This document shows, one piece after another, positions 29,492 through 40,081 of a stretch of DNA of 64,000 nt. The notes beneath the pieces were generated by a model. The model had not been told where the DNA came from. It did not search any database and was given only the letters and a program-made list of their open reading frames with translations. The position numbers were made by a program, and so were the translations under genes. Position 1 is the stretch's first letter. Each line of letters starts with the position of its first letter. Source of the DNA: Sedimentisphaerales bacterium (lineage in GTDB: Bacteria > Planctomycetota > Phycisphaerae > Sedimentisphaerales > SM23-30); NCBI GenBank assembly GCA_963663805.2, contig CAXXMR010000009.1, forward strand, positions 384,001-448,000, in the 5' to 3' direction.

Positions 29492-30525
29492 TTATTTATA
29501 TTTTGTTTTTTGGGCAGTGCCTTTGGTGTAGCTTTTTCCGGCTAGTTCCAGTACGTGGATGGGGCGGCGTGACCATTGAGGGGTTATAATTAGTTTGGCC
29601 TGGCCGGTTAAGTATTCAGCGACGTTCTGGTAATATCTGTGTGACTGGCTGGGGGGGTTACTGCCTGTTTTGATGGTTTTGGTGCCTTTGCCGTCGATGG
29701 TTATGAGCTTCCAGGTTTTCTGGTCGGTTACGATTGTGCCTTTGATGCCGGTGATTTCGAGTTGGCCTTCTTTGGCGTTGGCATCGAGGTTGGAAATGGT
29801 CAGGGTTGACCAGGAGCCGTTCTTATAGCGTATTACGGCGAAGCCTTCGTCTTCGTTAGTGTCTTTTCCCCAGGGGGTTTTATCGGCCCAGAAGCCGCTA
29901 TGGGCGAATCCTGATACTTCGGTGATTTCGGATTCGATAATCTGAAAAGTGTATTCGAGCAGGTGAACGCCCCAATCGTAGAGTATTCCGCCGGAGATGG
30001 TTTTGCTGGTACGCCACCAGGGGCCGGGGTTGGCGTAATTTGCCATGTGAGCTTCGACGCGGACGACTTCGCCAATTTTTCCGGCTTTAATCATTTTGAG
30101 TGCGTTGAGGATAAGGCCGTCCCAGTGCCGGTTGTGGTAGGTTGATAGTACGAGTTTGTGTTTCTGGGCCTGGTTAATCATGCTGTCACATTCGGCGGTG
30201 GTGATGGCCAGGGTTTTTCACAGACGATGTGGAGGCCTGCCTTGAGACATTGTAGGGCGAGTTGGGCGTGGGTGTTGTGAGGGGTGATGATGGTAGCGAG
30301 ATTGATGTCGGATTTTTTGAGCATTTGGTCTACGGATTTGTAGGTTTCGATGCCGGGCCATTCCTGAGCGGCAAGTTGGAGGTTCTGGTCGGAAAGGTCG
30401 CAGACCGCCAGGGGGGTCATACCGGCTTTCTTCATCTCGCGGAGATGAGTACGGCCCATGTTGAACAGGGGGCTATAGCCGATTACGCCGACTTTGATGT
30501 CTTTGGCTTTTTTGAAATGAGGCAT
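29492..30525 (-). pseudogene. Gfo/Idh/MocA family oxidoreductase, split by a 1-nt frameshift near 30211 (probably a sequencing error)
   Basis: ORF 30178-30525 carries the Rossmann fold and CEKP; ORF 29492-30181 carries YHNRHWD and GGILYDWGVH. One added C in CCC restores CEKPLAITTAEC. Confidence 0.85.
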
Positions 30526-30542
30526 GATATTTTCCCTTTCTA

Positions 30543-31194
30543 TTATTTTGCGGCCCAGATCATGCCGCGGCGGGTTATTTCCATTACTTCGGGTATTTGG
30601 AAGTCGGCGGCGACGTGGCCCAGTGAGCTGTAGAATACTTTACCTTTACCGTAGCGGCGTTTCCAGACGACGGGCATTACCGTGCCGGCGATCCAGTCGA
30701 TGTCGTTATATTGGCCGCTGAAGGTGGTGGCGGCGAGGACTTCGTTGGAAGGGTCATCGAGCATATAATATTGTTCGGATTTGATTTGGAAGTCGGCAAG
30801 GCCGTGGACGATGGGGTCTTGCGGTTTGGTGATGTTTACGGTGTATTCAATGTTGTTGCCGGGGTGGGAGACCCATTGGCCGCCGGTCATAAACTGATAT
30901 TCTGGGTTACCTCTAAAAGCATCGCACATGCCGCCGTGGAACCCGGCGATGCCTGTGCCTGCTCTTATAGCTTGAGTGAGGCTCTTTTCCTGGTCGGGGG
31001 TGAGTTGGCCCATGGTCCAGATTGGTATGAAAAGGTCGAGGGCGGCGAGTTTGTCCTGGTCGAGGCAGGGTGTCGAGAGTGTCGGAGATTTCAACCTCAA
31101 AACCAGACTGTTGCAGTACGGGGACGAGCAGGTCGGTGCATTGCTGAGGTTCGTGGCCCTGCCAGCCGCCCTGTATTATCAATGCTTTTTTCAT
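30543..31194 (-). pseudogene. ThuA (trehalose utilisation) domain protein, split by a 1-nt frameshift near 31069
   Basis: [16 protein letters not shown]...DTLD joins CLD...WTMG...[11 protein letters not shown]...GGQWVSHPG...EQYY...FYSSLGH when one C is removed. Confidence 0.85.
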
Positions 31195-31504
31195 TTTCGG
31201 GGTCCTGTCCTGGTTGGAGCGGTGCCTGCCTTGGGCAGGGGTTGTTTAATTATCCGGCCGCTTACGCGCGCTCGTTTTTTGCGTTTTTACGAGGTCTAAT
31301 GTCAATGGCACTATTTTTATAGCTTAGGTGATAATTTAACGTTTTGGGGGATAATTTCCAGTTGAAAACTGAAAACGAAAAAGTTTTTTTACGAAACTTT
31401 TTCGTTGAATGTGTAAGTGAGTTAATGAGGAGCTTTGGGCATAGTTATGATATCATCGGGGTTTTGGGCGAGAGGTGAAATGATAAGTTGTGCCTTTGCC
31501 GGGT

Positions 31505-34150
31505 TCAGATTGGAGGGATATCGTGCCGCCGTGCCTTTCTACGATTTTTTTGCGCGATGGCAAGTCCGATGCCGCCGCAGTTGGGACAGCCGTGGTCGGG
31601 GAGCTGGTAGAACATGTTGAAAATTTTGTCATGATGTTCAGGGGCGATGCCTTTGCCCTGATCGGTGAAGGTGATTTGCCAGAGGTTGTCCAGAACGTCA
31701 GCGGTAATTTTAATAGTGCTTTTTTGAGGGTAGCTCAGGGACCATGAATTACTTAATAGACAGCGAAAAAGTTGGGATACCAAATTTCGGTCACAAGCTA
31801 CGGTGGGGAGGTTTTCTTGTTCTATGGAGAATTTATTAAGGAAATCTTCGCCGAGTTCGCGTGCGGCCTGGTTAATGAGTTCTTTGAGGTCTGCCGGTTC
31901 AAACTTTAACCGGTCAAAGTCTGCGCGGGCATAACGCCATAAATCCTCTGTGACATTCATAACCTGATGGACGTTTGATTCCATATGTGAGAGGCATTTT
32001 TCGAGGCCGGAATCGATAGTTTCACGCAGGTATTCTCTTGTTTGTCGGCAATCTTCGATCAGATTATTTAACGGTTCTTTGAGGCATTGGCAGGCGGTGT
32101 GGGCGAACTGGTCGAGGTCGCGGTTGCTCTGCTCGAGTCGGAGTGCGAAGATACGCAGTTCTTCCTCTACCATGCGACGGTCGTGGATGTCTTCAAGGAC
32201 GGTTACAAAATGCCCTTCCTGGGGGCTGTAGGCAGAGATTCGGAACCAGCGTTGATGAGCCTCGGAGAAATGCTCGAATTCGACAGATTGTCCTGTGAGG
32301 GCGACTTTACCATAAGTGTCGAGCCAGTCGTGGTGGAATCCCTGAGTTTTTTCCTGAATTTCCTTTACTCTTTTGCCGATGAGTCGGTCTCTTTTGATGC
32401 CGCAGAGGTCTTCAAAGACTTCGTTTACTTCGAGAAAGACGTAATCGATTGGTTCGCCGGTATCGTCGCAGACGATTTCGTGGTAGGCAAAACCGTTACG
32501 CATTTTCTCGAACAGGGAATGGTACTGGTCATGGCCTTTGCGGGCCTGATCCTCGGCGTGTTTGCGTTCGGTGATGTCGGTGATGAACCCTTCGAGTGCC
32601 ACAACTTCCATGCTTTCATCACAAATAGCTCGGCCTCTTTCCCAAACCCATTTGATTTGGCCTGAGATGGTTTTGATGCGATAGCTGATTTTGTAGGGGG
32701 CACGCTGGGCGATGGCTTGCTGTATTTCGTCCCAGACTTTTTCCCGGTCCTCTTCGACAATCAGGTCGGCGTAAGAGATTTCAGTATTGTCCTGTATTTG
32801 CTGGGCGGTGTAGCCGGTCAGAACCAGACAGCCTTCGCTGACAAATTCCATGGTCCATTGACGGTCGTTTCGACAACGAAAAGCGATGCCGGGCAGATTA
32901 TCCATTAATGTTGCCATGGCCCGCTGTTTATCGCCGAGCTGTCGCAGGGCCTCCTGGCGGTCCGAGACATCTTCGACCATGTTAATTATATAGTTGGGCT
33001 TGCCTCCTTCGCCACGTACCAGAGAGGCCGTTAGGCGGACCCAGACGTTTGCACCGTTTTTGCGGACGAGGCGATTTTCGAGCTGATAATGGTCGCATTG
33101 GCCTCGGACCATTTTTGCGAAAATAGAGACGCTGTCAGATTGATTGGCGGGGTGAGTGAAATCGGTAAAGACTTTTTTGCGAAGTTCGATTTTGTTATAG
33201 CCAAGCATTTCCTGCAGGGCACGGTTGCTCTCAAGGGCTCTGCCGCCCAGGTCTACCAGAGCGATGCCGATGGCAGACCCCTGGAAAATCGCTCTGAGAC
33301 GTGCTTCGCGTTCACGGAGGGCCTGTTCGCTGATTTTTAACTGCTGGACGGAAAGGTTGAGTTCTTCTTCAGCCCATTTACGCTCGCTGATGTCGCGAAT
33401 CATAACCAGCATATGCTGGCGGCTGCTGTGAATGAAAGTACTGGACCGAAGTTCAATGTCGACCAGTGTCCCGTCTTTCTGGCAGGCCACAGCTTCAGAC
33501 TGAAACCCGCCGCTGCTTTGTACGCCCAGACGCATTTGCTCAAAAAGGTGCTGATAATCGGTGTGGAGAAGTTCGCGAGCGGAAAGATTGGCGAATTCGT
33601 CTTGAGAATATCCGTAAAGACGCAGGGCCTGAGGGTTGGCCTGGATGATTTTAGCTTCGGGGTCGAGAACGAACAGGGCATCGCCGGCCGCATCGAAAAT
33701 AGCATGATATTGCGTTTCGCTTTCTCGGAGGGCTTTTTCGGCTTGGGCGAGACGGTGTTCCTGATTTATTTGGCTCAGGGTCTGACTGACGACTGAGGGC
33801 AGTAAGTCCAGAAAGTTATGGTCTTTGACCAGATAGTCGCGGGCACCCTGCTTCATCATGTCTACGGCGAGTTTTTCGTCACCACGCCCCGTAACCAATA
33901 TGAATGGTATATGGCGATCGTGGCGGAGAAGTTCTTCAACAACTTGGCTGCCGGTCATGTCGCTGAGCTGATAATCCAGCAGCATAAGGTCGGGAATGTG
34001 GTTATCTATCCAGTCGACGGCCTCGTGACCGCTGTTTACGTAAACGGCCTGCATCCCTGAGCGGCTGAGCTGTTTCTGCATCAGATTGGCCATGCCGGAA
34101 TCGTCATCGACAACAAGTATAGCATTTTCGCGACAGAGAGTGTCGGTCAT
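31505..34150 (-). CDS. REC + multi-PAS + degenerate histidine kinase (H-box His absent); C-terminal frameshift
   Basis: N-terminal receiver (LVVDDD, LLDYQL, DYLVK) and four PAS/PAC-like segments. The H-box reads QFAHTACQCLKEPL. Removing one A from an A7 run restores IVERHGG..SLQSEPGKGTT (stop 31453). Confidence 0.85.
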   Translation of the reverse strand: MTDTLCRENAILVVDDDSGMANLMQKQLSRSGMQAVYVNSGHEAVDWIDNHIPDLMLLDYQLSDMTGSQVVEELLRHDRHIPFILVTGRGDEKLAVDMMKQGARDYLVKDHNFLDLLPSVVSQTLSQINQEHRLAQAEKALRESETQYHAIFDAAGDALFVLDPEAKIIQANPQALRLYGYSQDEFANLSARELLHTDYQHLFEQMRLGVQSSGGFQSEAVACQKDGTLVDIELRSSTFIHSSRQHMLVMIRDISERKWAEEELNLSVQQLKISEQALREREARLRAIFQGSAIGIALVDLGGRALESNRALQEMLGYNKIELRKKVFTDFTHPANQSDSVSIFAKMVRGQCDHYQLENRLVRKNGANVWVRLTASLVRGEGGKPNYIINMVEDVSDRQEALRQLGDKQRAMATLMDNLPGIAFRCRNDRQWTMEFVSEGCLVLTGYTAQQIQDNTEISYADLIVEEDREKVWDEIQQAIAQRAPYKISYRIKTISGQIKWVWERGRAICDESMEVVALEGFITDITERKHAEDQARKGHDQYHSLFEKMRNGFAYHEIVCDDTGEPIDYVFLEVNEVFEDLCGIKRDRLIGKRVKEIQEKTQGFHHDWLDTYGKVALTGQSVEFEHFSEAHQRWFRISAYSPQEGHFVTVLEDIHDRRMVEEELRIFALRLEQSNRDLDQFAHTACQCLKEPLNNLIEDCRQTREYLRETIDSGLEKCLSHMESNVHQVMNVTEDLWRYARADFDRLKFEPADLKELINQAARELGEDFLNKFSIEQENLPTVACDRNLVSQLFRCLLSNSWSLSYPQKSTIKITADVLDNLWQITFTDQGKGIAPEHHDKIFNMFYQLPDHGCPNCGGIGLAIAQKNRRKARRHDIPPI

Positions 34151-34564
34151 CAGTTTCACTTTCTTGCTTGGGGTTGCCGAAATACCACAAAACATCCCGA
34201 TAACTTAGACAACTTGCGATGTCAAAAGAGTATACAGCCCATTTCCTGTAAAGGCAAGGATTTACATTCCTATAATTTGGTATGATTCAAACCGTGAAGG
34301 ATGGTCCATGATAATTCATATTATTTCCTGCTGTTTTTCAGGACGATTATGATAAAAAATTTATGTGGGGCGGCTTGGCATGAGTTCGAATGGAGCTGCA
34401 ACTTGTTTATTATTAAGATATTATACTTTCTGCGGCTTGAAGCAGGGTGTTTCTTGGGGTTTTGTTTTGTGTTTTTGAGGTAAGATATGGAGCCTTGGTG
34501 TTGATTTTAACACTTATCCTGTAACTCACCCTAAAAAAAGTCTGGGAAAATCTGATTCTTATGG

Positions 34565-34593
34565 TTGACTTGTTTCGGCAGAGCCACTATAAG
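34565..34593 (+). promoter_or_regulatory. Sigma70 promoter of tRNA-Ser
   Basis: TTGACT-N17-TATAAG. Confidence 0.55.
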
Positions 34594-34674
34594 TATCTCC
34601 CGTCCAGTGATTTGACAGGTGCCCCGGACCCGTGGCGGATGGCTGTGGTTGTGAGTGTTTGTCGGTTCTGGTCT

Positions 34675-34765
<91 letters not shown>

Positions 34766-35152
34766 TTTTTGGGTGAAAAATGCGGTTTTTGGCCGTTTAA
34801 AGGCTGTTTTTCGCTTGGCTCCCCTGTCTGCTCAAAAGGGTTGCTCCCCGTACCATTCGATTTTCGGAATTGCTAAAATGATTAACGGCCATGTGTCCAA
34901 CTCGGGACCCCGAAGGGTGCGAAAAAAGCCTGCGTTCTACGTTTTGTAACTGGCTGTGCCGCCAATGTTTATGGCGGCAAGATGTTTTGTGGTGTTTTTT
35001 CGATTGTTTGGCGATCTATATCAACCAAATTTATCAGTATCGAAATTTTCATCCGACATTTCATATTGCCGCTGCCCTTTGTTAAAACAGAGAGCGTATC
35101 TTCTGCGACTAAACCTGAATTTTTAGACATTTTACTGCTCTAAATCTATTTT

Positions 35153-35803
35153 GACGCCACCGCCAAAAGTTGGGGAGTGGCTGATATCCCATAAGTGTTT
35201 TTTTCGTATTTTATGTAGTTTTTTGGTTGCGAAGCCGGGTGTTTGCGTTATAATTTAAGTTGTTATATGGCAAGCAGATAGAGCAATTATACGTAAGATT
35301 ATTGACCCGTTACAAACTCGGCTTTTTGACTGTTATGACTCGGTTTTGACCGATCAATCTCGTTGTCGGTTGATAAATGGCTGGCAGGGGGTTTTTCGTC
35401 ATGTGATTTTGGAGCTGATGCCGGTCATCAGCCGGTTTCCTCCAGCCACGATGAAACCACCGATGCGTTTCGACAACGCTATCGCATCCGCGCTGGGATC
35501 GAAGCAACCAACAGCGGCCTCAAACGAAAAAACCGGCCTGGGCCGCCTACGCGTGCGAGGCCGACTGCGGGTGTTCAATGCGATCTACCTCAAAATCACC
35601 GGCTGGAATATCATGCGGGCCGCCGCCTGCGCCCAAATGCGCCAAATCGTCTGCCAAAGGGCCTACATGGCCGTTTTTAGCCATTTGAAAGCCGCCCAGG
35701 ATCGATATGGGCTCAAAACACTATTTGCCACGCACCGGCAACGATATAAAAAATCTGCGAGCCCAAATATCGCAGCCTAAACGATACTTTTGACGGTGGC
35801 GTC
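35153..35803 (+). mobile_element. Internally deleted, non-autonomous IS (651 bp)
   Basis: 18-bp TIRs GACGCCACCG(C/T)CAAAAGT match at 17/18, with a 7-bp TSD TATTTTT on both sides. Contains a transposase N-terminal piece joined to the C-terminal YRIRAGIEATNSGLKR..GLGRLRVRG. Confidence 0.85.
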
Positions 35804-36076
35804 TATTTTTAACAATTTGCATTCAAGTTGTGAAACAGAGTTGGCAAAAAAACACGGAATGTATACGGCGGCCTGCTGGCTGGGCAGTACCCCCAAAGTA
35901 TCGCTTGCGGGTTACAGAGGCCGACTTTGAGGAGGCAGCGCAAAATGCAGCGTAGCAAGTGCAAGAAAGCACTCGCAGCCAGAAGCAGGGAAAAACGTCG
36001 AAAATCATTATCCCCAGCATTTGTAGTAACTTGCGAGAACTTGCTAAATATTGCAGTACCAATAATTTACATTCAA

Positions 36077-36149
36077 TGGGCCCAGAAGGATTCGAACCTT
36101 CGACCAATGGATTATGAGTCCACTGCTCTAACCGCTGAGCTACGGGCCC
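36077..36149 (-). tRNA. tRNA-Ile2(CAT), lysidine type (tRNA-Met(CAT) less likely)
   Basis: GGGCCCGTAGCTCAGCGGTTAGAGCAGTGGACTCATAATCCATTGGTCGAAGGTTCGAATCCTTCTGGGCCCA; C4:G69 and C5:G68 pairs as in TilS substrates. Confidence 0.9.
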
Positions 36150-36176
36150 TACAGGTTATTACCTGTTAGACAAGGT

Positions 36177-36205
36177 TTTATATCGTATTGGATGGTTGGT
36201 GTAAA
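36177..36205 (-). promoter_or_regulatory. Sigma70 promoter of tRNA-Ile2
   Basis: Minus-strand TTTACA-N17-TATAAA, with phased A-tracts further upstream. Confidence 0.55.
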
Positions 36206-36349
36206 GGGAAAAAGTGGGCGCGGAATTGCCTGAAGGGTTGTTTTTTTCGTTTTTTTTTACGTTTTTTTTAGTTTTTGCTAAATTTTAGGGATTTTTGTAT
36301 CATTTTTGGACGTTGTTTGGTGGTTTGTTTTAGATTTTTTGGTGGTATT

Positions 36350-37864
36350 ATGGAAAAACTGAATTTGATACCCTTTCCGGTGAAATCTGTGGTGAAACCG
36401 GGTGGTCTGGATGTGGGTGGTAAAATACATATCAACCGCAGTGACGAACTGGTTGGGCCGGCGGATTTTCTGGCGGAAAAACTTCATTTATGGGGTATTG
36501 AAGCTCAGGCTGGGGCTGGGGTTTCTATATCGCTCAGGCTGGACGATTCTTTGTCGCGGCTGGGTGAGGAAGGTTATCAGCTTAGGGTTAATCCTGAAGG
36601 CGTCAGTATAGTTGCTTTGGGAACGGCGGGGATATTCTATGGGATACAGACGCTGTTAAATCTTCTGCCGGCGGATTACAGTGCGGCGAAAGTTTTGCCT
36701 TGTATTGAAATTGAAGACTGGCCGCGTTTTTCCTGGCGGGGGACCATGCTGGATGTTTCTCGTCATTTTATGCCGGTGGAGTTCATCAAGAAATGGCTTG
36801 ATTTGATGGCAATGCATAAGCTGAATATTTTTCACTGGCATTTGACCGATGATCAGGGCTGGCGGCTGGAGATTAAAAAATATCCGAAACTGACCGCGAC
36901 CGGTTCGGTTCGGGCCCGGACGCTTCTCACTCATATTCGTGCCGAAGGTGAGCGGGTTTACGAGGAAAAAGCATATGGCGGTTATTATACTCAAGAGCAG
37001 GTTCGGGAAATAGTCGCTTATGCTGCGAAATTAAATATTGAGATTATTCCTGAAATCGAGATGCCCGGCCATGCGTCGGCGGTTCTGGCGGCTTATCCCC
37101 ATCTGGCCTGTCCGGGTTATGAGCATGAGGTTAAGTGCGAATGGGGGATTTTTGATGATATTTACTGTGCGGGCAGCGAAGAAGTTTTCGGGTTTATCGA
37201 CGATATTTTTGCAGAAGTAGTTTCGCTTTTTCCCAGTCAATATATTCATATCGGCGGTGATGAAGTGCCGACCGAGCATTGGCAGCAATGTCCGCTTTGT
37301 CAGCAGAGGATGCAAGATATTGGTCTGGATGATGAACGTGAATTGCAGAGCTATTTTATTCAGCGGGCGGAAAAGATGCTGGAGAAGTATGGTCGCAAAC
37401 TTATCGGCTGGGATGAGATACTCGAAGGCGGTTTGGCTGAAAACGCGACGGTAATGTCGTGGCGAAGTTTTGAAGGCGGCCTGAAAGCGGCCCGTCAGGG
37501 TCATCATGTTATTATGTCTCCTTTGCAGCATTGTTATTTTGATTATTCCCAGACGGACCGTTCAGATGAGCCGCTGGCGATAGGGGGGCCTTTGACTATT
37601 GAAACGGTTTACGAGTTCAATCCCATTCCTGCGGAGCTTGAGGGTCAGTATCATCAATACATTTTAGGCGGTCAGGGTAATATCTGGGCTGAATATATCC
37701 GAACGCCTGAAGCGATTGAATATATGAGCTATCCGCGTCTGATTGCGTTGGCGGAAGTATTATGGGGGACTGGCAGGGCGGACTATTCTTTTTTTGCGGC
37801 TCGGCTGGGTGGGCAGTTGCGGCGGCTGGGTAATTTCGATGTTAATTACTGGGGGAAGGCATGA
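36350..37864 (+). CDS. GH20 beta-N-acetylhexosaminidase
   Basis: PRFSWRG.MLDVSRHF, HWHLTDDQGWR, PEIEMPGH, catalytic HIGGDE, YFDY, GGQGNIWAE; no signal peptide. Confidence 0.93.
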   Translation: MEKLNLIPFPVKSVVKPGGLDVGGKIHINRSDELVGPADFLAEKLHLWGIEAQAGAGVSISLRLDDSLSRLGEEGYQLRVNPEGVSIVALGTAGIFYGIQTLLNLLPADYSAAKVLPCIEIEDWPRFSWRGTMLDVSRHFMPVEFIKKWLDLMAMHKLNIFHWHLTDDQGWRLEIKKYPKLTATGSVRARTLLTHIRAEGERVYEEKAYGGYYTQEQVREIVAYAAKLNIEIIPEIEMPGHASAVLAAYPHLACPGYEHEVKCEWGIFDDIYCAGSEEVFGFIDDIFAEVVSLFPSQYIHIGGDEVPTEHWQQCPLCQQRMQDIGLDDERELQSYFIQRAEKMLEKYGRKLIGWDEILEGGLAENATVMSWRSFEGGLKAARQGHHVIMSPLQHCYFDYSQTDRSDEPLAIGGPLTIETVYEFNPIPAELEGQYHQYILGGQGNIWAEYIRTPEAIEYMSYPRLIALAEVLWGTGRADYSFFAARLGGQLRRLGNFDVNYWGKA

Positions 37865-38013
37865 GGCATGAGGGTGACGGCGAGGTGCCTGCCTTCGGCA
37901 GGGTTGTTTTTATTTTAACGGCAACGGCAACCGCTTACTGACGTGCGTGTAAGAAGGCAAGAGGGATGAGGCAAGAGGCAAGAGTGAACGGCGAGGTTTC
38001 GGCCTTCGGCAGG
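37857..38013 (+). repeat. Modular REP-like repeat, copy C (two heptamer + hairpin units)
   Basis: Hairpins at 37876 (CCTGCC-TTC-GGCAGG) and 37987; CCGCTTACTGACGTGCG at 37931. Confidence 0.8.
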
Positions 38014-38019
38014 GGGTTT

Positions 38020-40065
38020 TTATGTTGCCAGTAACAGATTGATGGTTTCTATGATTCGGTTGATGGTAACGGGGCAGGGCAGTACTTCGAAGCGTCGGTC
38101 TTTCATGAAGTTGTCTTCCAAGACAATATTGGCTTTGGGTGAGAACAGGAGCAAAGGCAGGTTGCTGACCTCGGCTTTTTGTTCGAGTTCTTTGTATCGG
38201 GTAGTCAGCATAACTCTTTCTGACGGGGCTTTGATATAACCAATACCGATATTGGGTTTTCCAATCCCTTCGCGGCTGCGCAGTCTGTCGCAGAAAACTC
38301 TGATGCTGTCGGTTTGGGGATGGGCACTAATATAAATCGGGTCGAAATGGTAATTTAGTTTGTCTCTGACCTGATTGATATACTGAGGCCAGTTTTGCAG
38401 ATTTGAATTAGCGAGCAGGGCGAACTTGACATCGTCGGTCTGGCCGGGTATTTTTTCTTCAATGGTCTGGACGATTTCTGGCTTGAGAGACAATACGGGA
38501 ATAAACTCGTCGGTGGGATAAATAGTTGGATTTCCGCCCATGCCGAGCATTAGTGCGTGTGAGAGTTTGTTGGCAAGTGAAAGTATGGCGACTTCCTCTA
38601 GCATTCTGGGCGCGACTCTGCGGATATTACCAAGTGAGAGCGAATGCAGGGCAACGGGGTTAATAAGTTCGGCGGGGAATTTCCAGGTGTGCAGGATTCG
38701 GTCCATAGCATCGGCGTGATTAACCAGCAACATTCGGGATTCGATTTGCTCCAGGGGCAACTCCAGTCGATGGGAGATTTCCAGGACTTGCCTGTAGGTG
38801 TCGCCGAGCTGGTCCATATAAATCAGTTTGCCGATATCATGGAGCAGGCCCATAGTGAAGGCGACATCGCTGGACATTTTTTTCTCGCCCAGAGCTACGG
38901 CAAGCTCGGCGGCAATCAGACCTGTGGAGATACAATGTTCCCAGAATTGAGGGAGGTTAAGCAGGTCGTTTTTAACGTCGCCAGAAATTTTGTCGATAAT
39001 TTCGATATTTAATACCGCCTGCTGAATTTGCGTAATACCAATTCTGAGTACGGCTTTATGTACGGAGTCAACGGGTTCTCCTCTGGTATAGGCTGCGGAG
39101 TTGGCTAATTTAAGGATTTTTAGTGACACAGCATGGTCCTGTTTGATAATTTTGGCGATGCTGTCGATAGAGCAGTTAGGCTGACGAGACATTTTGAGTA
39201 CCTGGGCGACCGTAGGAGAAAGTCCTTTGAGTTCTCCGCAGTTGTCGAGAAGGGCTTTGATGTCGGTTCGGGTCATAATGGGTTTGAGCTCGTTAAACTC
39301 GGCATCGGCATCGATGTCAAAAGCAGGCAGCTGTATTCTGGTCTGGGTTGTGCCGGGGGCATCATCCTGATTTCTGCTATCCGTGAAGTCGATGTTGATT
39401 CCCGCTGAGGATGTTTGCAAATTTGCATCCGGCATCGCGTTATTTTCAATACTCTTGGTCGTTTCCTCGATTACTTTTGGGCGTGGGCTTAGATCTCCGC
39501 CGAGCAGTTTGAGGGATTTTTCCAGCTCCATATCGATACGTTGAATCAGATTGTCGTAATCCAAATCATCGGCATCGAGCGAGATTCGGGCGGGATTAAG
39601 TGATGAGATAATACCGGGTCTTTTGTTTTCGAGCAGATACATCAGTGCGGTCTGGCTTTCGAACTGGGTTATGAGGCTTTGGAGTTTTTCGAGCAGACTC
39701 TGATATTGCAGGGCCCTGCGGATGGTTATTACCAGGTCGAGTACATTACAGGGTTTTACCAGGAATCTGTAGACATCCCCTTCGTTAATGGCTTTGTAGG
39801 CTGCTTCGGTATTGATTTGGCCGGTGAGCATAATACGGATAATCATAGGGTATTTGCGTCTGAGCATTGCCAGCAGTCCGGAACCGGGCAGTCCGGGCAT
39901 ATTTTCGTCGGAGATAATGAGGTCGATTTTCTTTTTTTCGATAATCGAGAGTGCCTCACTGGCATTTCCGGCCGTGAATATATTGTACTTTTCTTTGTAC
40001 AAAGCACGTTTCAGGGCGCTGGTGAGTTTGACTTCATCATCTACAAGTAGAATGGACTGAGGCAT
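38020..40065 (-). CDS. Response regulator with HDOD domain
   Basis: N-terminal REC (LLVDDE, ISDENMP, FLVKP) and HDOD (LKLANSA, FWEH, GLLHDIGK). Confidence 0.88.
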   Translation of the reverse strand: MPQSILLVDDEVKLTSALKRALYKEKYNIFTAGNASEALSIIEKKKIDLIISDENMPGLPGSGLLAMLRRKYPMIIRIMLTGQINTEAAYKAINEGDVYRFLVKPCNVLDLVITIRRALQYQSLLEKLQSLITQFESQTALMYLLENKRPGIISSLNPARISLDADDLDYDNLIQRIDMELEKSLKLLGGDLSPRPKVIEETTKSIENNAMPDANLQTSSAGINIDFTDSRNQDDAPGTTQTRIQLPAFDIDADAEFNELKPIMTRTDIKALLDNCGELKGLSPTVAQVLKMSRQPNCSIDSIAKIIKQDHAVSLKILKLANSAAYTRGEPVDSVHKAVLRIGITQIQQAVLNIEIIDKISGDVKNDLLNLPQFWEHCISTGLIAAELAVALGEKKMSSDVAFTMGLLHDIGKLIYMDQLGDTYRQVLEISHRLELPLEQIESRMLLVNHADAMDRILHTWKFPAELINPVALHSLSLGNIRRVAPRMLEEVAILSLANKLSHALMLGMGGNPTIYPTDEFIPVLSLKPEIVQTIEEKIPGQTDDVKFALLANSNLQNWPQYINQVRDKLNYHFDPIYISAHPQTDSIRVFCDRLRSREGIGKPNIGIGYIKAPSERVMLTTRYKELEQKAEVSNLPLLLFSPKANIVLEDNFMKDRRFEVLPCPVTINRIIETINLLLAT

Positions 40066-40081
40066 AAATGTACCTTAATTT

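Noticed and set aside
34766..36076. tRNA-targeted integrated island or prophage
   Set aside because: No integrase and no duplicated tRNA 3' end seen; only a small IS derivative is present.
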